A stretch of 64,000 bases of DNA, taken from positions 103,230,001 through 103,294,000 of the forward strand of contig OZ024742.1 of the NCBI GenBank assembly GCA_964016885.1, in the 5' to 3' direction. Positions 1 through 12,598 of this stretch are shown piece by piece; position 1 is the first letter of the stretch, and the number at the start of each line of letters is the position of its first letter. The notes under the pieces are model-generated. The model ran no database searches, was not told the origin of the DNA, and saw only the letters and a program-made list of their open reading frames with translations. This DNA comes from Eledone cirrhosa. Its lineage: Eukaryota. The translations under genes were made by a program, and so were the position numbers.

Positions 1-99
1 CGAGGAAGGTCAATACATTTTTTAATCGATCGACAAGATCCCTTACCCCATTCGCTTACCGAGTTGGGTGGAACTCATCCCATTAGACCAAGGAAACAA

Positions 100-262
100 T
101 GTTTCCATTGGTATTTCCCTTGCTGATACTATCTACCGGTCGCAACTCCAGGTAGAAGGAGCAACGTGGAATAAAGTTTCTTGCTCTAGGGCATAACGCA
201 TCGCCCGATCTGAGAATCGAAATCACAACCCCACGACTGAGAATCCAATTCTCTAACTAATA
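100..262 (-). mobile_element. Decayed tRNA-derived SINE (second family; related copies near 54590-54830 and 58425-58560)
   Basis: Shares 'ggagcaacgtggaataaagtttcttgctctagggcataacgc...gagaatcgaaatcacaacc' with the 54590-54830 copy; B-box-like GATTCGA on the minus strand. Confidence 0.55.
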
Positions 263-449
263 CATACAAAGCTTTACATTACTGATACTTACCAAATTTT
301 TGATTATTTTCAAAATCAACTGAAAATTATAGTCAATGTCTTTTTTTTCGGAATTATGATAACGAAAGGGTTAAAACTAATGGAAAATTTCTCAAACCAC
401 TTTCGGTTTAAAGCAGTGGTCTTTAAACCTCCCATGGTATTTTATTTAC

Positions 450-541
450 CAGTAATGACCTTTGGTTAATGCTTGGCTCTGCAACACCGATATGAAGTGA
501 ATTGTTGGTCTAACTACTAGGTTATCATTGGCACTTTGTAC
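450..541 (-). CDS. Candidate coding exon D of an unidentified minus-strand gene (VQSANDNLVVRPTIHFISVLQSQALTKGHY)
   Basis: Acceptor cttatatacAG, donor GTaaat; 92 nt, phase 0 to phase 2, no stop; non-repetitive sequence; phase matches the end of reconstructed exon C. Confidence 0.5.
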
Positions 542-1407
542 CTGTATATAAGTGTGTAGTTTAATCCTTCTCTGAAAGATGTCTGCTGTGTTCGGAAATG
601 GGCTAGAAAGGAAATGGGCTCTGCCAGGTTTTAACCCCCCCCCCCCCCCCCCCCAAATAAACCCCGCCCGTATGTCACTACGGCGCCCCAACGACTTCGT
701 CATGAGTTACGAGACCATACATTTAAACATACATACAAGTGTGTAGAGTCAGTGAACTGATCCCGTAGGGTATAGTCCCGTAGGGTATAGTCTATTTCTG
801 GAGGCGGCGAATTGGCAGAGTCGCTAGAACGTCGAATAGGATGTTTTGCGATATTCCTTCCGTCTCGCTGCTCTCTGAGTTCAAATCCCACCGAGGTCAA
901 CTTTGTCTTTCATTCTTTCGACAAAAAATGCACCACGACTCTCTCACCTTCTGTCTGTCAGTCTTTCTCTGTCTTTCTCCGGAAGAAATCGGCTGTTTTC
1001 AGGCGTGGTGAGAGGATGGGCTCTGCCAGGTTTAAAGTGCCCATGGTACGCTGTATAATCAATAAAATGAGGTACCAGTCATGAAAGGTGGATTGGTGGA
1101 ATTCTGTCTTCATGTCACCGCAAAAGTGGTGAGATGACATAATAAGACCGGGGTCCCTATCATTAAAATACAACAAAATTGGAGTAGACTTCGCTGTCAT
1201 TTCCTGAGTAAATTAGATAAGATTGATCAATAGATCGATAATGACAAGATTCAAACTGAAAACTAAAGGACACCGCCGAGAAAAATAATGGACTGCACGA
1301 GCCCTAAAAACAACAAACAAAACAACGTTTAATAAGGACACGTTTTAACGCCGACCACTCAGTTAATCTCTAAAATATTTTAATATTTTAATATTTCCTG
1401 CCATCAG

Positions 1408-1621
1408 GGCGGTGGATTGGCAGTATCGGTAGAGAGTCAGAGACCAAGCTTTGCAGCATAGAGTTACGCCCCTTTATGATCTGAGTTCAAATCCCGCCGA
1501 GGTTAACTTTGCCTTTCATTCTTACGGGGTCGATAAAATAAAGTACCAGTCACACACTGGTGTCGATTTAGTCGACTTTCCCCTCCCCCAAATTGCTGGC
1601 CTTATGCCTATATAAGAAACC
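1408..1621 (+). mobile_element. tRNA-derived SINE, main family
   Basis: A-box-like TGGCAGTATCGG, B-box GAGTTCAAATCC, core gcctttcattcttacggggtcgataaaataaagtaccag; flanked by repeated aatatttcctgc (TSD-like). Confidence 0.85.
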
Positions 1622-1907
1622 AATATTTCCTGCTATTGAGGTGTTTTTTCTGGCTTTTTTACACCCTGCAGTTAAATTGGTTGAGCGTCAGACAAATTAC
1701 CATTGCGGTATTTATTCTCGTTCCTGATATTCTGAGTTCAAATTTTGCCCAGGTCAACTTTGCACTTCATGGGGTTGATAAAATTAAGTACCAGTCTTTC
1801 CCTCAAATTTACTGGCCCTGTGCCTAAATTAGAAATTAATAGTTACTCTCTATATTTACTCTCTATGGATTTGTGTCAATATGCCTGAAAAGAGCTAAGG
1901 GAAATAA

Positions 1908-2092
1908 TTGTTTCTACTTTTGGCACAAAGCCAGCAATTATTCCAGTGTATTACTGGTACTTTATTTTATCGACCCCGTAAGGATGAAAGGCAAAGTTAA
2001 CCTCGTTGGGATTTGAACTCAGACCATAAAGGGCCGTAACTCTTTGCTGCAAAGCATGGCGTCAGGACCCTCTACCGATACTGCTAATCCAC
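1908..2092 (-). mobile_element. tRNA-derived SINE, main family, with TSD
   Basis: Reverse complement of the family consensus; ctaagggaaataatt duplicated on both flanks. Confidence 0.85.
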
Positions 2093-2696
2093 TAAGGGAA
2101 ATAATTTAAGTAAGTTAGTCATGTGTCATTGAGATCGATTTGACTATCATTCTCTTAGGGTCGATAGAATAAGTTAAGACATATAATTAGGTTGAATTAA
2201 ACGAAAAAATAAAATACAAGTCAATTATTGAGGTTAATTTAATCAGTTATTGCTGGCCTTATGCTTGAATTAAAAATCAATAGTTCTTTTCCTCTGTTGT
2301 CATAGATATGTCCGTATTTGTGAACAACATTAGACAGGTGAACTGTTGCTGTGATTAAATACATCAATAAACAAAGCAAGTATTTAAGTAACCCGTAATC
2401 AACAAACAAAGCTTACTGCCATAGTTACATGTAATAAATGTAGAAGCAGGTTTGTTGGAATTTCTTTTTTTGTTCAGAGCGTTTACGTCAATTGTCTGCT
2501 TCGCTGATTACCGTTTAGTTGAACGGGGCAACAATTTTACGTTGTTTGTAATACAGGTTGCTAGTTACATATAAATAAATAACGCTTTCTTGAAGAAAGA
2601 AAGAAACAAACAAACCATAATAATTGTTTTTACGTTTAGCACAAGGCTAGCAATTATCTCAGTGCATTACTGGTACTTTATTTTATCGATCCCGTA

Positions 2697-3205
2697 ATAA
2701 TGGTTTCTGATTTAGACGCAAGGTCAACAATATTGGTGTTGTTTAAAGTCGATTAAATCGACCCAAGTGCGTTACTGGTATTTTATTTTATTGACCTAGT
2801 AAGGACGAAAGGCAAAGTTAACCTCGACAGGTTTTGAACTCATATAATGGTTTCTAATTTAGGCACAAGGTCAACAATATTGGTGTTGTTTAAAGTCGAT
2901 TAAATCGACCCAAGTGCGTTACTGGTATTTTATTTTATTGACCTAGTAAGGACGAAAGGCAAAGTTAACCTCGACAGGTTTTGAACTCATATAATGGTTT
3001 CTAATTTAGGCACAAGGTCAACAATATTGGTGTTGTTTATAGTCGATTAAATCGATACCAGTGCGTTACTGGTACTTTATTTTATCGACCCCTGAAAGAT
3101 GAAATGCAAAATTGACCTGGGCAAAATTTGAACTCAGAATATCAGAAACCAGAATAAATACCGCAATGGTATTTTGTCCGACGCTCTACCAATTTCACCA
3201 GTTCC
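2697..3205 (-). repeat. Tandem triplication of a SINE 3' half (period 147 bp), third unit carrying the SINE head
   Basis: 'tggtttct...gacaggttttgaactcat' units start at 2701, 2848 and 2995; the first two are near-identical. Confidence 0.85.
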
Positions 3206-3533
3206 TTGCCTTGTGCCTAAATTAAAAATCATTATTGACGACACAAGTGCACTAGTAAATAATTAACGAGGCTATCTCTACCTCGCCTACTCTCATCTTA
3301 ACGACAGTATCAAGGCAGACTGTTTTGTTGCTGTTTACGTTTGTTTAGGATTATTTTAGTACATTTCTCCCACTGACTGTCAGCCAATGTTTGTTTTTCT
3401 CCTCGTCTAAACGATGACATTTGTTGATGTTAATGTTGATGCTGCTGTTGTTGTTGTTGTTGTTGCGACCCCCATCTCGACTACTTCAACTATTTTATAT
3501 TCTAGCTGCCTTAGTAAACAAGGAGGAGGGGGA

Positions 3534-3978
<445 letters not shown>

Positions 3979-4277
3979 ATTATTGTGGAATATTTTAGAA
4001 GTTCTGAATTTGGTAATATGGAATGTAATGTTTTGTTTTTGTCACCTTAGTTGACAGAGTTCTTGTAAGTAACACTCGACACATGATAATATTTATTGTT
4101 AATATAAATACCATTTATAGAAAGAGACAAATCATATTACATGCCTGTCTCAGTGTGAGAGTGTGTCCCTGGAATATGTACATATACACCAGGTCCGGAC
4201 ATAAAGGAACCAAACTTCCACTGTCACAGCCTCCATATCTCCCTCTCTCTCTCCATCTATCACTATTATGAGCAAAT

Positions 4278-4464
4278 GGGCGGTGAATTGGCAGTATCGG
4301 TAGAGAGTCGGACGCTATGCTTTCCAGCATAGAGTTACGTCTCTTTACGGTCTGAGTTCAAATCCCGTCGAGGTTAACTTTGCCTTTCATCCTTACGGGG
4401 TCGATAAAATAAAGTACCAGTAATGTACTGGGTAATTGCTGGACTTGTGCCAAAAGTAGAAACA
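4278..4464 (+). mobile_element. tRNA-derived SINE, main family, young copy with TSD
   Basis: Full consensus; actattatgagcaaatgg duplicated on both flanks. Confidence 0.9.
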
Positions 4465-5339
4465 ACTATTATGAGCAAATGGAGGCCCACGCGCTGGCTG
4501 CCTCGTGGCCCCGGCGAACAGAATAGTGGATGGTGAAGGAGAAGCGCTGGAAGAATATATTTCACGGACACACTGAGGCAGTGTAGATATTTATTTTTTA
4601 ATTCATACTCATGAACTGTTAACTGTATGAAATGTTGTTTATATTATATGCCTTAGTGATAATGTATCATCGTTAAATACTGCAATGAACCTTATACTAT
4701 AGTTACAATTCATAATGAAGATTCTAGGTTGAGGAACCATGCCAACTTGAAAAGACATTTCTATTTAAAAACAGTAATCAAAATTTAATCCCAAAGAGAT
4801 GAAATTGAAACATTATCCACTGAAAGTTCATTAAACCTCGAAGAAAAGAATTTTTAGGTCCCGAAATATCGGACAGAAAAAAGAACGACAACAAAAAACA
4901 AATCAAAGATTACCAGTTAACTTACTTTTCGTTACCTCATCTTACAGACCATTTTGCATTGTTTAGCCTTCTATCTCTTTCAACCTATATTATACACAAT
5001 GATTCTAGCAAACTACATTTTATTAAAATAACAGAGGATTTCTAATTTAAACACAAGGTCTGTATTTTGTGAGGAGGTGTAAGTCGAATTATATTGACCC
5101 TAGTATTTAACTGGTACTTTATTTTGTCGACTTCAGAAAGATGTAAGGCAAAGTTAACGTCACCGAGATTTGAACTCGAAACGTAAAGAGCCGTACCTAA
5201 ACACCACAAACTATTTGTCCGACACTCGAACGATTCTGTCAATCTTTTGCCGTCAATAATAATGATAACAATTTCTTTATTGGCCTCAACCGACAGGATG
5301 TCCAGATGTAGGCCACGAACAAGATGATTAGATAACAAG

Positions 5340-5483
5340 ATGATTCATGAGCTCGTTTGATCTCGCTTGGGGACCCAGCTGGATAAATTGGAGACGGTTG
5401 CGTCTAATATAACTCTACCGCCATGACCCCCACAAGAAGAAGAAGAAGAAGAAGAAGAAGAAGAAGAAGAAGAAGAAGAAGAA
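5340..5483 (+). mobile_element. RTE-like LINE 3' end with (GAA)n tail
   Basis: Shares 'ggagacggttgc' (LETVA) with the 59135-59395 fragment, which has the same tail. Confidence 0.55.
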
Positions 5484-7224
5484 GACAAAAATCAAGGGCA
5501 ATACAATATACAGGAACAGTGGGGATTTACATATAAATATGTAAAAAGAGAAAGCGAAAGACAGGTTATAAAGAACAATAAACCGATAACGACAAAATTC
5601 CTCAATAGGAGTGAGCATCTTAGACAATCGCCTCTTTCTCATCTATTCTCAGCCTACAGGTGCGTGTTTTGAGTAGGCCCTTCTAACTACATTCATTCAC
5701 CTTAAAATAAATATACTAGATGAGGGAGAGAAACAGCACTTCTATCTCTACCTTCACCTTTATTTCAAGATAGAATTTGAAAAACTCAACAAGGGTTTGG
5801 TTGAAGTGGAATGTGTCTGTCTTCTGTCCTTTCGGTATCGACTCCAATACAATATTACACATCATACTGTTCATTTTTTGGCACAAAAACCAACAGATTT
5901 TAAAATAAGCAGTTGTTCCTTAGCGCCAAAAGTTCAAGGGTCATTCACCTTGTATATGTCCTTATTCATAATATTTGTTAATTATTTTTCAAAAATGCAT
6001 AAGAAAACAGCTAATGAGTCACAATTTTCAGGAGTAATTCTCGGTGAGCATATGTTACTTCAAAATGACAATGATTTTAAAATGAGACTTTATTACTTGA
6101 AAGTGAAAATAGCGATTTCAAAGTGAAATTAGCACAAAAAGATTTATTTAACAGGAAACATAACATCATATGTAATGTTAGCAATGTGAACTTGTTTAGT
6201 TAATTATAAATTTTCACAAACCAAGCAGCGAAGCGAAATACTCATTTATCTTTTGCAAAGTGACTGGTTGGTCGTTATTTACTGCATTGTCACGAACACG
6301 TAGGCTCGCGTCGCATCTCATCAATATTTATATTGTCTTTGGGTAATGCATTTCATTTTTTGTTTGTTTGCAATCTCCAAATCATGGTCTTTGTAGCCCA
6401 GTCCAAGATTATAACATTCTATAAGTTGACCACCTACGATGTTGGGTAACACACACATACAAAAGAAGTCTAGGTAATAAGAATTTTAACCCTTAAACAA
6501 TTGGAAGCCGGTGGGCCCTTAAAAAAAGCCTTTCGTGCAACGATTTTTTGTTAAGCTGTTCACTCTATACAAGGGAAGTAACTCTTTTTTTTATTGTTTG
6601 ACTTCCTTAAAAGATTGTAAAAGAAAGGGTTTTTCGTTTTGATATATCATAGCATCGTATTCCCTGGCTAAAAAATTCTTCCCTGTGACATCTTTATGTT
6701 GAAATACATTATTTTTATTTAAATGAAACATTATTTAAATTAAACATGCCCACTTTGAAATCACTATTCTCACATTGAAGTGATACGTGCTCACTTTGAA
6801 ATCTTTATTCACACTTTGATGTGATATGTACCCACTTTAGACTGTTATGTTAAACTGCGCGGAGAAGAACATCTACCATTATAATGTATTGAAAATGATA
6901 TTAAACTTAACCGTAGTTAATACTCCGTTAGGTGGAATCAGATATAAAGTTTATAACCTATTACTATGCTGCTTGAAACCTATTAAGTATTGCATTGAAA
7001 ACAACCACATTGGTTAGTTTCATTGCTGTGAATGTATGTAAGGACGCGTACTTTCTGATAGAGTCGCAGAGACGCCGTTGTGGGATACCACATGGCATGG
7101 CTATTTTAAACCTGGCGGGGCCAGTCCATATCCATGTCTGAACATAACTGATTTTTTTTCTAGAGAGAATGATAGATAGAGAGAGAAGGGAGGGATATGG
7201 GTATATATATATATATATATATAT

Positions 7225-7686
7225 GAAAAAATGGGGAGAAGAATACTGCTGGTTGCACATGGATAACATGTAATAAAATAAGTCCCTCATCAGTGATTTG
7301 TCGACGATCATAGATATTTCATTGCATTAAAAATCATATACCTCACGTCGGTGCAATAATAACTAAATTAAGTTATTAGGACAATTAAAACGCGTAAAGC
7401 GAGTGAAACAAGATAACAACAAAGAGGATAGCTAACCGTAGAAGGAAGGGAACAAGCTTCATAGTTATTCTGTTAGCATAAGCTAGGTGAATATATGAGC
7501 GCTTAGAAAAAAGACCTTTCAGGAGCGAATTCAAATGTGAGAAAGAGAGAAAATGATTTCGTCGCGAACGGGGTGAAGTGAGAAGAGGAGAAACAGTGAG
7601 TGAGTGAGTGGAAGTGTGAGGAAGAGTTAACTGACATGACAGAGGGGGCGAAAGAAAGTAGGAGAAACAGAGCGAGCGAGGAAGCA

Positions 7687-7730
<44 letters not shown>

Positions 7731-8265
7731 AACAGAATCGCAGTTTAGGTAAATATATGTGAAAAAATGGAGAGAAGAATACTGCTGGTTGCACATGGAT
7801 AACATGTAATAAAATAAGTCCCTCATCAGTGATTTGCCGACGATCATAGATATTTCATTGCATTAAAAATCATATACCTCACGTCAGTGCAATAATAACT
7901 AAATTAAGTTATTAGGACAATTAAAACGCGTAAAGCGAGTGAAACAAGATAACAACAAAGAGGATAGCTAACCGTAGAAGGAAGGGAACAAGCTTCATAG
8001 TTATTCTGTTAGCATAAGCTAGGTGAATATATGAGCGCTTAGAAAAAAGACCTTTCAGGAGCGAATTCAAATGTGAGAAAGAGAGAAAATGATTTCGTCG
8101 CGAACGGGGTGAAGTGAGAAGAGGAGAAACAGTGAGTGAGTGAGTAGAAGTGTGAGGAAGAGTTAACTGACATGACAGAGGGGGCGAAAGAAAGTAGGAG
8201 AAACAGAGAGAGCGAGGGAGCAGTAAGAGAGAGAGAGAGAGAGAAAAAAACAGAATCGCAGTTTA

Positions 8266-8272
<7 letters not shown>
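7225..8272. repeat. Near-identical direct tandem duplication, period 536 bp, bounded by (TA)n
   Basis: 'ggataacatgtaataaaataagtccctcatcag' at 7261 and 7797; both units end with (GA)n-aaaaaaacagaatcgcagtttaggtaaatatat. Confidence 0.9.
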
Positions 8273-8302
<30 letters not shown>

Positions 8303-8373
8303 ATAATAATAAAATTGAGAAGATCCCGTTAAGGGTGAAAGCAGCGATTCTTTGCTTAAACTTTAATCTGTTA

Positions 8374-8433
<60 letters not shown>

Positions 8434-8615
8434 AGTAAAAAGGAAAAGAAATGCTGCAAATTTTTCCCAGTGAAAAATAGTTTAATTAGGAATAACTATA
8501 AATTAGTAATAAGTATTGGTTAGTATTCAGTTTTAGTTTTAAGTTTTTACCGGTTGCGCATTTCTAATGCTTTTCAAAAATAATTTTGAGATAGAACGTT
8601 CGTGATGTTTGCTCT

Positions 8616-8650
<35 letters not shown>

Positions 8651-8658
<8 letters not shown>

Positions 8659-8935
8659 GAAAAAGTGAAGAATAATATGGTCAACAGTACAAACAAGGAG
8701 ATTTATTTACAGTCTAACAATTGTTTCAATGATAGAGTTGTCTAAAAATTGCTAAACACTGAAAGCAGTGCCACTCAATTTAAAATACATGTTAAACCCA
8801 TCATATCCTGAGTGGCACTGCTTTCAGTGTCTAACAATTTTTAGACAACTCTATCATAGGAAAAATTGTTAGACTGTAAATAAATCTCCTTGTTTGTACT
8901 GTTGACCATGTTATTCTTCACTTTTTCAATTTTAT
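8651..8935. repeat. Fold-back inverted repeat (arms about 125 bp) abutting (TA)n, with a partial hammerhead-like motif
   Basis: 8651-8777 is the reverse complement of 8809-8935 with a few mismatches; the minus strand reads CTcAGGA-t-atgatgggtt...aactctatcat-t-GAAA-CAATTG-TT. Confidence 0.85.
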
Positions 8936-9095
8936 TACTCCAAGATAAACTTACATAGGAATACAAGTGAAGTCATAAACTCGTCATCCACGTAAACCTC
9001 TTGTTGAGTCACACAGCACCGTACGCTTAAACTATCCATGATAAGTAGTTTTCACACCCTCTTATCGTATTACCTTTAACGATATATTGTTATCC

Positions 9096-9236
<141 letters not shown>

Positions 9237-9256
9237 AGAGAGAGAGAGAGCGAGAG

Positions 9257-9316
<60 letters not shown>

Positions 9317-10251
9317 CGAGAGAGAGTGGGAGAGTGTGTGTGTGAGGAAGTGAGGAAGAGATTTAGAAACAGAATCAACTCCAGTACAGGACTGGTGTTT
9401 TTTTCATTGCCCTCGAAAGGATAAAAGCCAAAATTGACCTCGATGAGATTTGAGTCTAGAGAGCAGGGAGTCGGAACGAATACCCCAATTCATTATATCC
9501 GACTTCTAACCACTCTGTCAATTCGCCGCCTTCTTGTGCTGCGAACATTATCGGTCACAGGACGATAATCAACAGGTTTCACGAGATTCTTAGCTCACTC
9601 ACTGATCAGCTGGGTATTTAACCGTCATATGATTTGTTGATGATATTGATTAACAACTATTAATAAATAAACCGTTACATTTAAGTCCGCACTCTATTGT
9701 GATACTACGGCATGGTTACAAACTATAGTGTCCGTATTTTTCAGTTTCATAGTACAAAGATAAACGCGTGTGAACATTTTTTAAACAATGTTCTGCAGGT
9801 AACATAATGTGAACGTGGAATAGGATGAAAAATGAGAGCCCAGTATAAATCTAACCAAGTCTTAGTTGAAGCGTCAGTATGGCATGGACCTCCGTCATTT
9901 TCGACCATGACTGTTCCAACTGTTCGATCAACGGAACAGTTTGCTCATGAAATCAACGTAAATTGGATGAGCATTGAACGAGATTCAGCATGACACAGTC
10001 TGTGACAAGGCCAGCCCTGTAATTTACAGTTGTAGAATATCCGATAGCTTCCACAGTTTCTGTTTACCCAATTTCATTCAGATCGCTTCGCTTGACTCAA
10101 AGCTATATTAAAGTACAATTATCCAAGATACCATGCAGTGGGATATCAAACCCAGGGTCTAATTATTGCAAAACAAATTTCTTAATCATTCAATCATGCA
10201 GTGTTCGCAATTCCAAGAATACAACAGCAGTAATTTATAAAAGACAAATAC

Positions 10252-10324
10252 GAAATCCTCATCTTTGCTGCAGTGTAGAGATATCGGAGAAATGAACTTA
10301 AAATAGATAGCGGATGGTATAATA
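10252..10324 (-). CDS. 3' part of candidate exon C (IIPSAIYFKFISPISLHCSKDEDF), separated from its 5' part by the hAT/Helitron insertion
   Basis: In frame with 18215-18285 after removing the insertion and one TSD copy; putative donor GTattt (weak), phase 0. Confidence 0.5.
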
Positions 10325-10569
10325 CAGAGGTTCTCAAAGTGGGCGCTACCGCTCCCCGGGGGGCGTTGACAAGGTCCAGGGAGCACTGGGGGTGGTAGAG
10401 ATTATATAATAATATATTAAATATCAAATGATACTTATATAAATATCTCTATATATAAAACAGATGTCTGTCTGTCTGTGTAACCGCATGCATTTCTACA
10501 TTTTACAACCGATTTGCACCAAATTTCATACATAGGTTTCTGAAGTCCTATTAGGCTATTTTATTTTTC

Positions 10570-11560
10570 AGTACATTGATTGCCCCCCTCCCCTCCCCCA
10601 GGGGCAGATAACCCTCTTAAGCCTCTCCCTTGGAGTCAGCAGTACTACTGCATAAAGGCCCCATAATTCCTGCTGTTTGCCTCCCTTCTTCACCAAAATT
10701 AATCTTTTGTTTGCTTATGGCCTACAAATAAATTTGCAGGCATGCACTTGCGCAGAAATTCAGGTAGGGGACCCCTTGGGGCGGGGGGGGGGGGGCAGTA
10801 AACGGACTTGATGAATGTTGAAGTTGATATCAATGCAACAAAACGTCATAACTGCTTGAGTTGGTGTTTGGTTTTCACGAAGCGAGACGTATTGGTTACC
10901 CATGGCTTATAAATGAAGGTGAACACATGAACTTTTACTTGAACTTATCAAGGGTACCCGGGGGTGGGGGCAGTAGACCCCTTCGACTTATCTATTGAAG
11001 TTCACATTAACACTGTATTAGTACCTGATAACTTTTGAAGTTTAGGTTGGATTTTAACTTTACCGGACACATTGGTTACCCATTGCCTAAAGATGATGTT
11101 GAAGGCACTGTCTATACCCGGAACAAGCAAGGGGACCCCCCAGGGGGCAGTAAGTCCCGGCGAGTCATTTATTGAATTTGGCTATTGTAATGCAGCAAAG
11201 CGTCATAGCTTCGATAATTGGTAGTCCAATAAAATGAATTTCAACTTAGTTGGTATTCATGTAGTACAGATGAAGATACAGTGAGGCACATTTACTTTCA
11301 TTTCAATTCAGCAAGGAGACCCCCTCGGGGACAATGAGCCCAATTCATTAACCTATAAAAGTTCAAAATGCCACAATAAAAAAGCACCATAACCTCGGGA
11401 GTTTATACTTGATTCTTACAAAAACTAAACTAAATGGTTATTGCCTGTCATAAGATAAAGCACCACACATTCGTTACCACTTGAATTTTGCAAGGGAACC
11501 CCCCTAGGGAGGGCAGTGGGCCCCTTTGGACCACTTTGAAAGTTCATATTATGGTCGCAG
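10570..11560 (+). repeat. Diverged tandem units of about 180 bp in the Helitron 5' region
   Basis: Motif 'aggg(g)acccc...gggg(g)cagt' recurs near 10767, 10950, 11129, 11313 and 11492. Confidence 0.7.
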
Positions 11561-11939
11561 CAAAGCATTTCAACTTCTAGAAATAAAAGTCAATTTAAAC
11601 GAAAGTTGACGCATCGGTTACTCATATCCTACAAATGGAGTAGCGAATGTTTAAATCCCCCTGACTTTACTTTAGTTTGTTTAGTTAACTTTAGGATGAT
11701 TGAATTTAATTTTGAACCCGGTTGTCTCCTCCGTGTTTTTAAGTGCGGAATGGGGAGTTAAATTTTTTTCCTTGAACCTTGGCGTCATTTCACACTCCTA
11801 ACCAAGAAAGCGCGATTTAACCCAGGTGTAAATTTTAACGCCTACTGTATGTGGATTGTGCTATTTCACACTCATGTCTAAACTGTGCGAATGATTGATT
11901 AGTTTTTGCACCCGGTTGTCTCCCCCGTTTAATTGCACC

Positions 11940-12090
11940 TCAATTAAGTGCGAAATGGCCACCTCTGGCCAATCACACATCAGTGAGTTGTGTTCAATAG
12001 ATTTCATCACACTTATTTGTATTATTTAACCAATCAGACAACTCGAGTGTTGTTGATTGAGCGAAATCACTCCTATTTATATCGGTCAAG
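11940..12090 (+). promoter_or_regulatory. Putative Helitron promoter
   Basis: CCAAT boxes (ggccaatca, aaccaatca) and TATA-like tatttatat about 500 bp upstream of the ATG at 12599. Confidence 0.35.
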
Positions 12091-12598
12091 TCCGACCTAG
12101 GATCACACTTCTTTTTTGGCTTTTGACAAGTGGTAGGTTTTTTTTTACATGCGTACTCTCATAAGCTACCCCATGTTTGTGAAACGCATGCTTCTTCAAC
12201 ATTTGTCACCTTAAAGGAGGCTTAGTTAATGTGTTTATGGTCATAAGGTTCCAGTTTATCATGCTGTGATTTTTCGGCCATTTTTGCCTGTATCCTTTCA
12301 ATGGTTAGTACTTACTTATTGCTATGTTCGAACTGAACAAACATACTGACACTTATATACCTACCACTGTAGCCACACTATTTAATTTCCTTTATCACAG
12401 GTAGTCCGTACGCTGCGTTGCCCCTAACTTAAAACCTGAAATTTGACTGGTACACAAAATCTTGCAAAACATACCCACTTTCTCAGACCACATAGATCTA
12501 TCACATTTTTTCACAATTTATATCCGTGTTTAGATTTGCTTACTTAAACGTTATTTGTCCACTATTTATCGTTCTCCCTGGTTAATTTTCTAAAAACA

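Noticed and set aside
293-319. 27-nt minus-strand micro-exon (ttttcAG...GTaagt) after exon D
   Set aside because: In the required phase it gives an immediate TGA; I cannot distinguish a terminal coding exon from chance.
1408-1500. tRNA genes at GTTCAAATCC motifs
   Set aside because: These are SINE heads with extended A-B spacing, no cloverleaf, and a SINE core after them.
6485-6520. TTAA-CCC piggyBac-like end
   Set aside because: No matching opposite terminus found.
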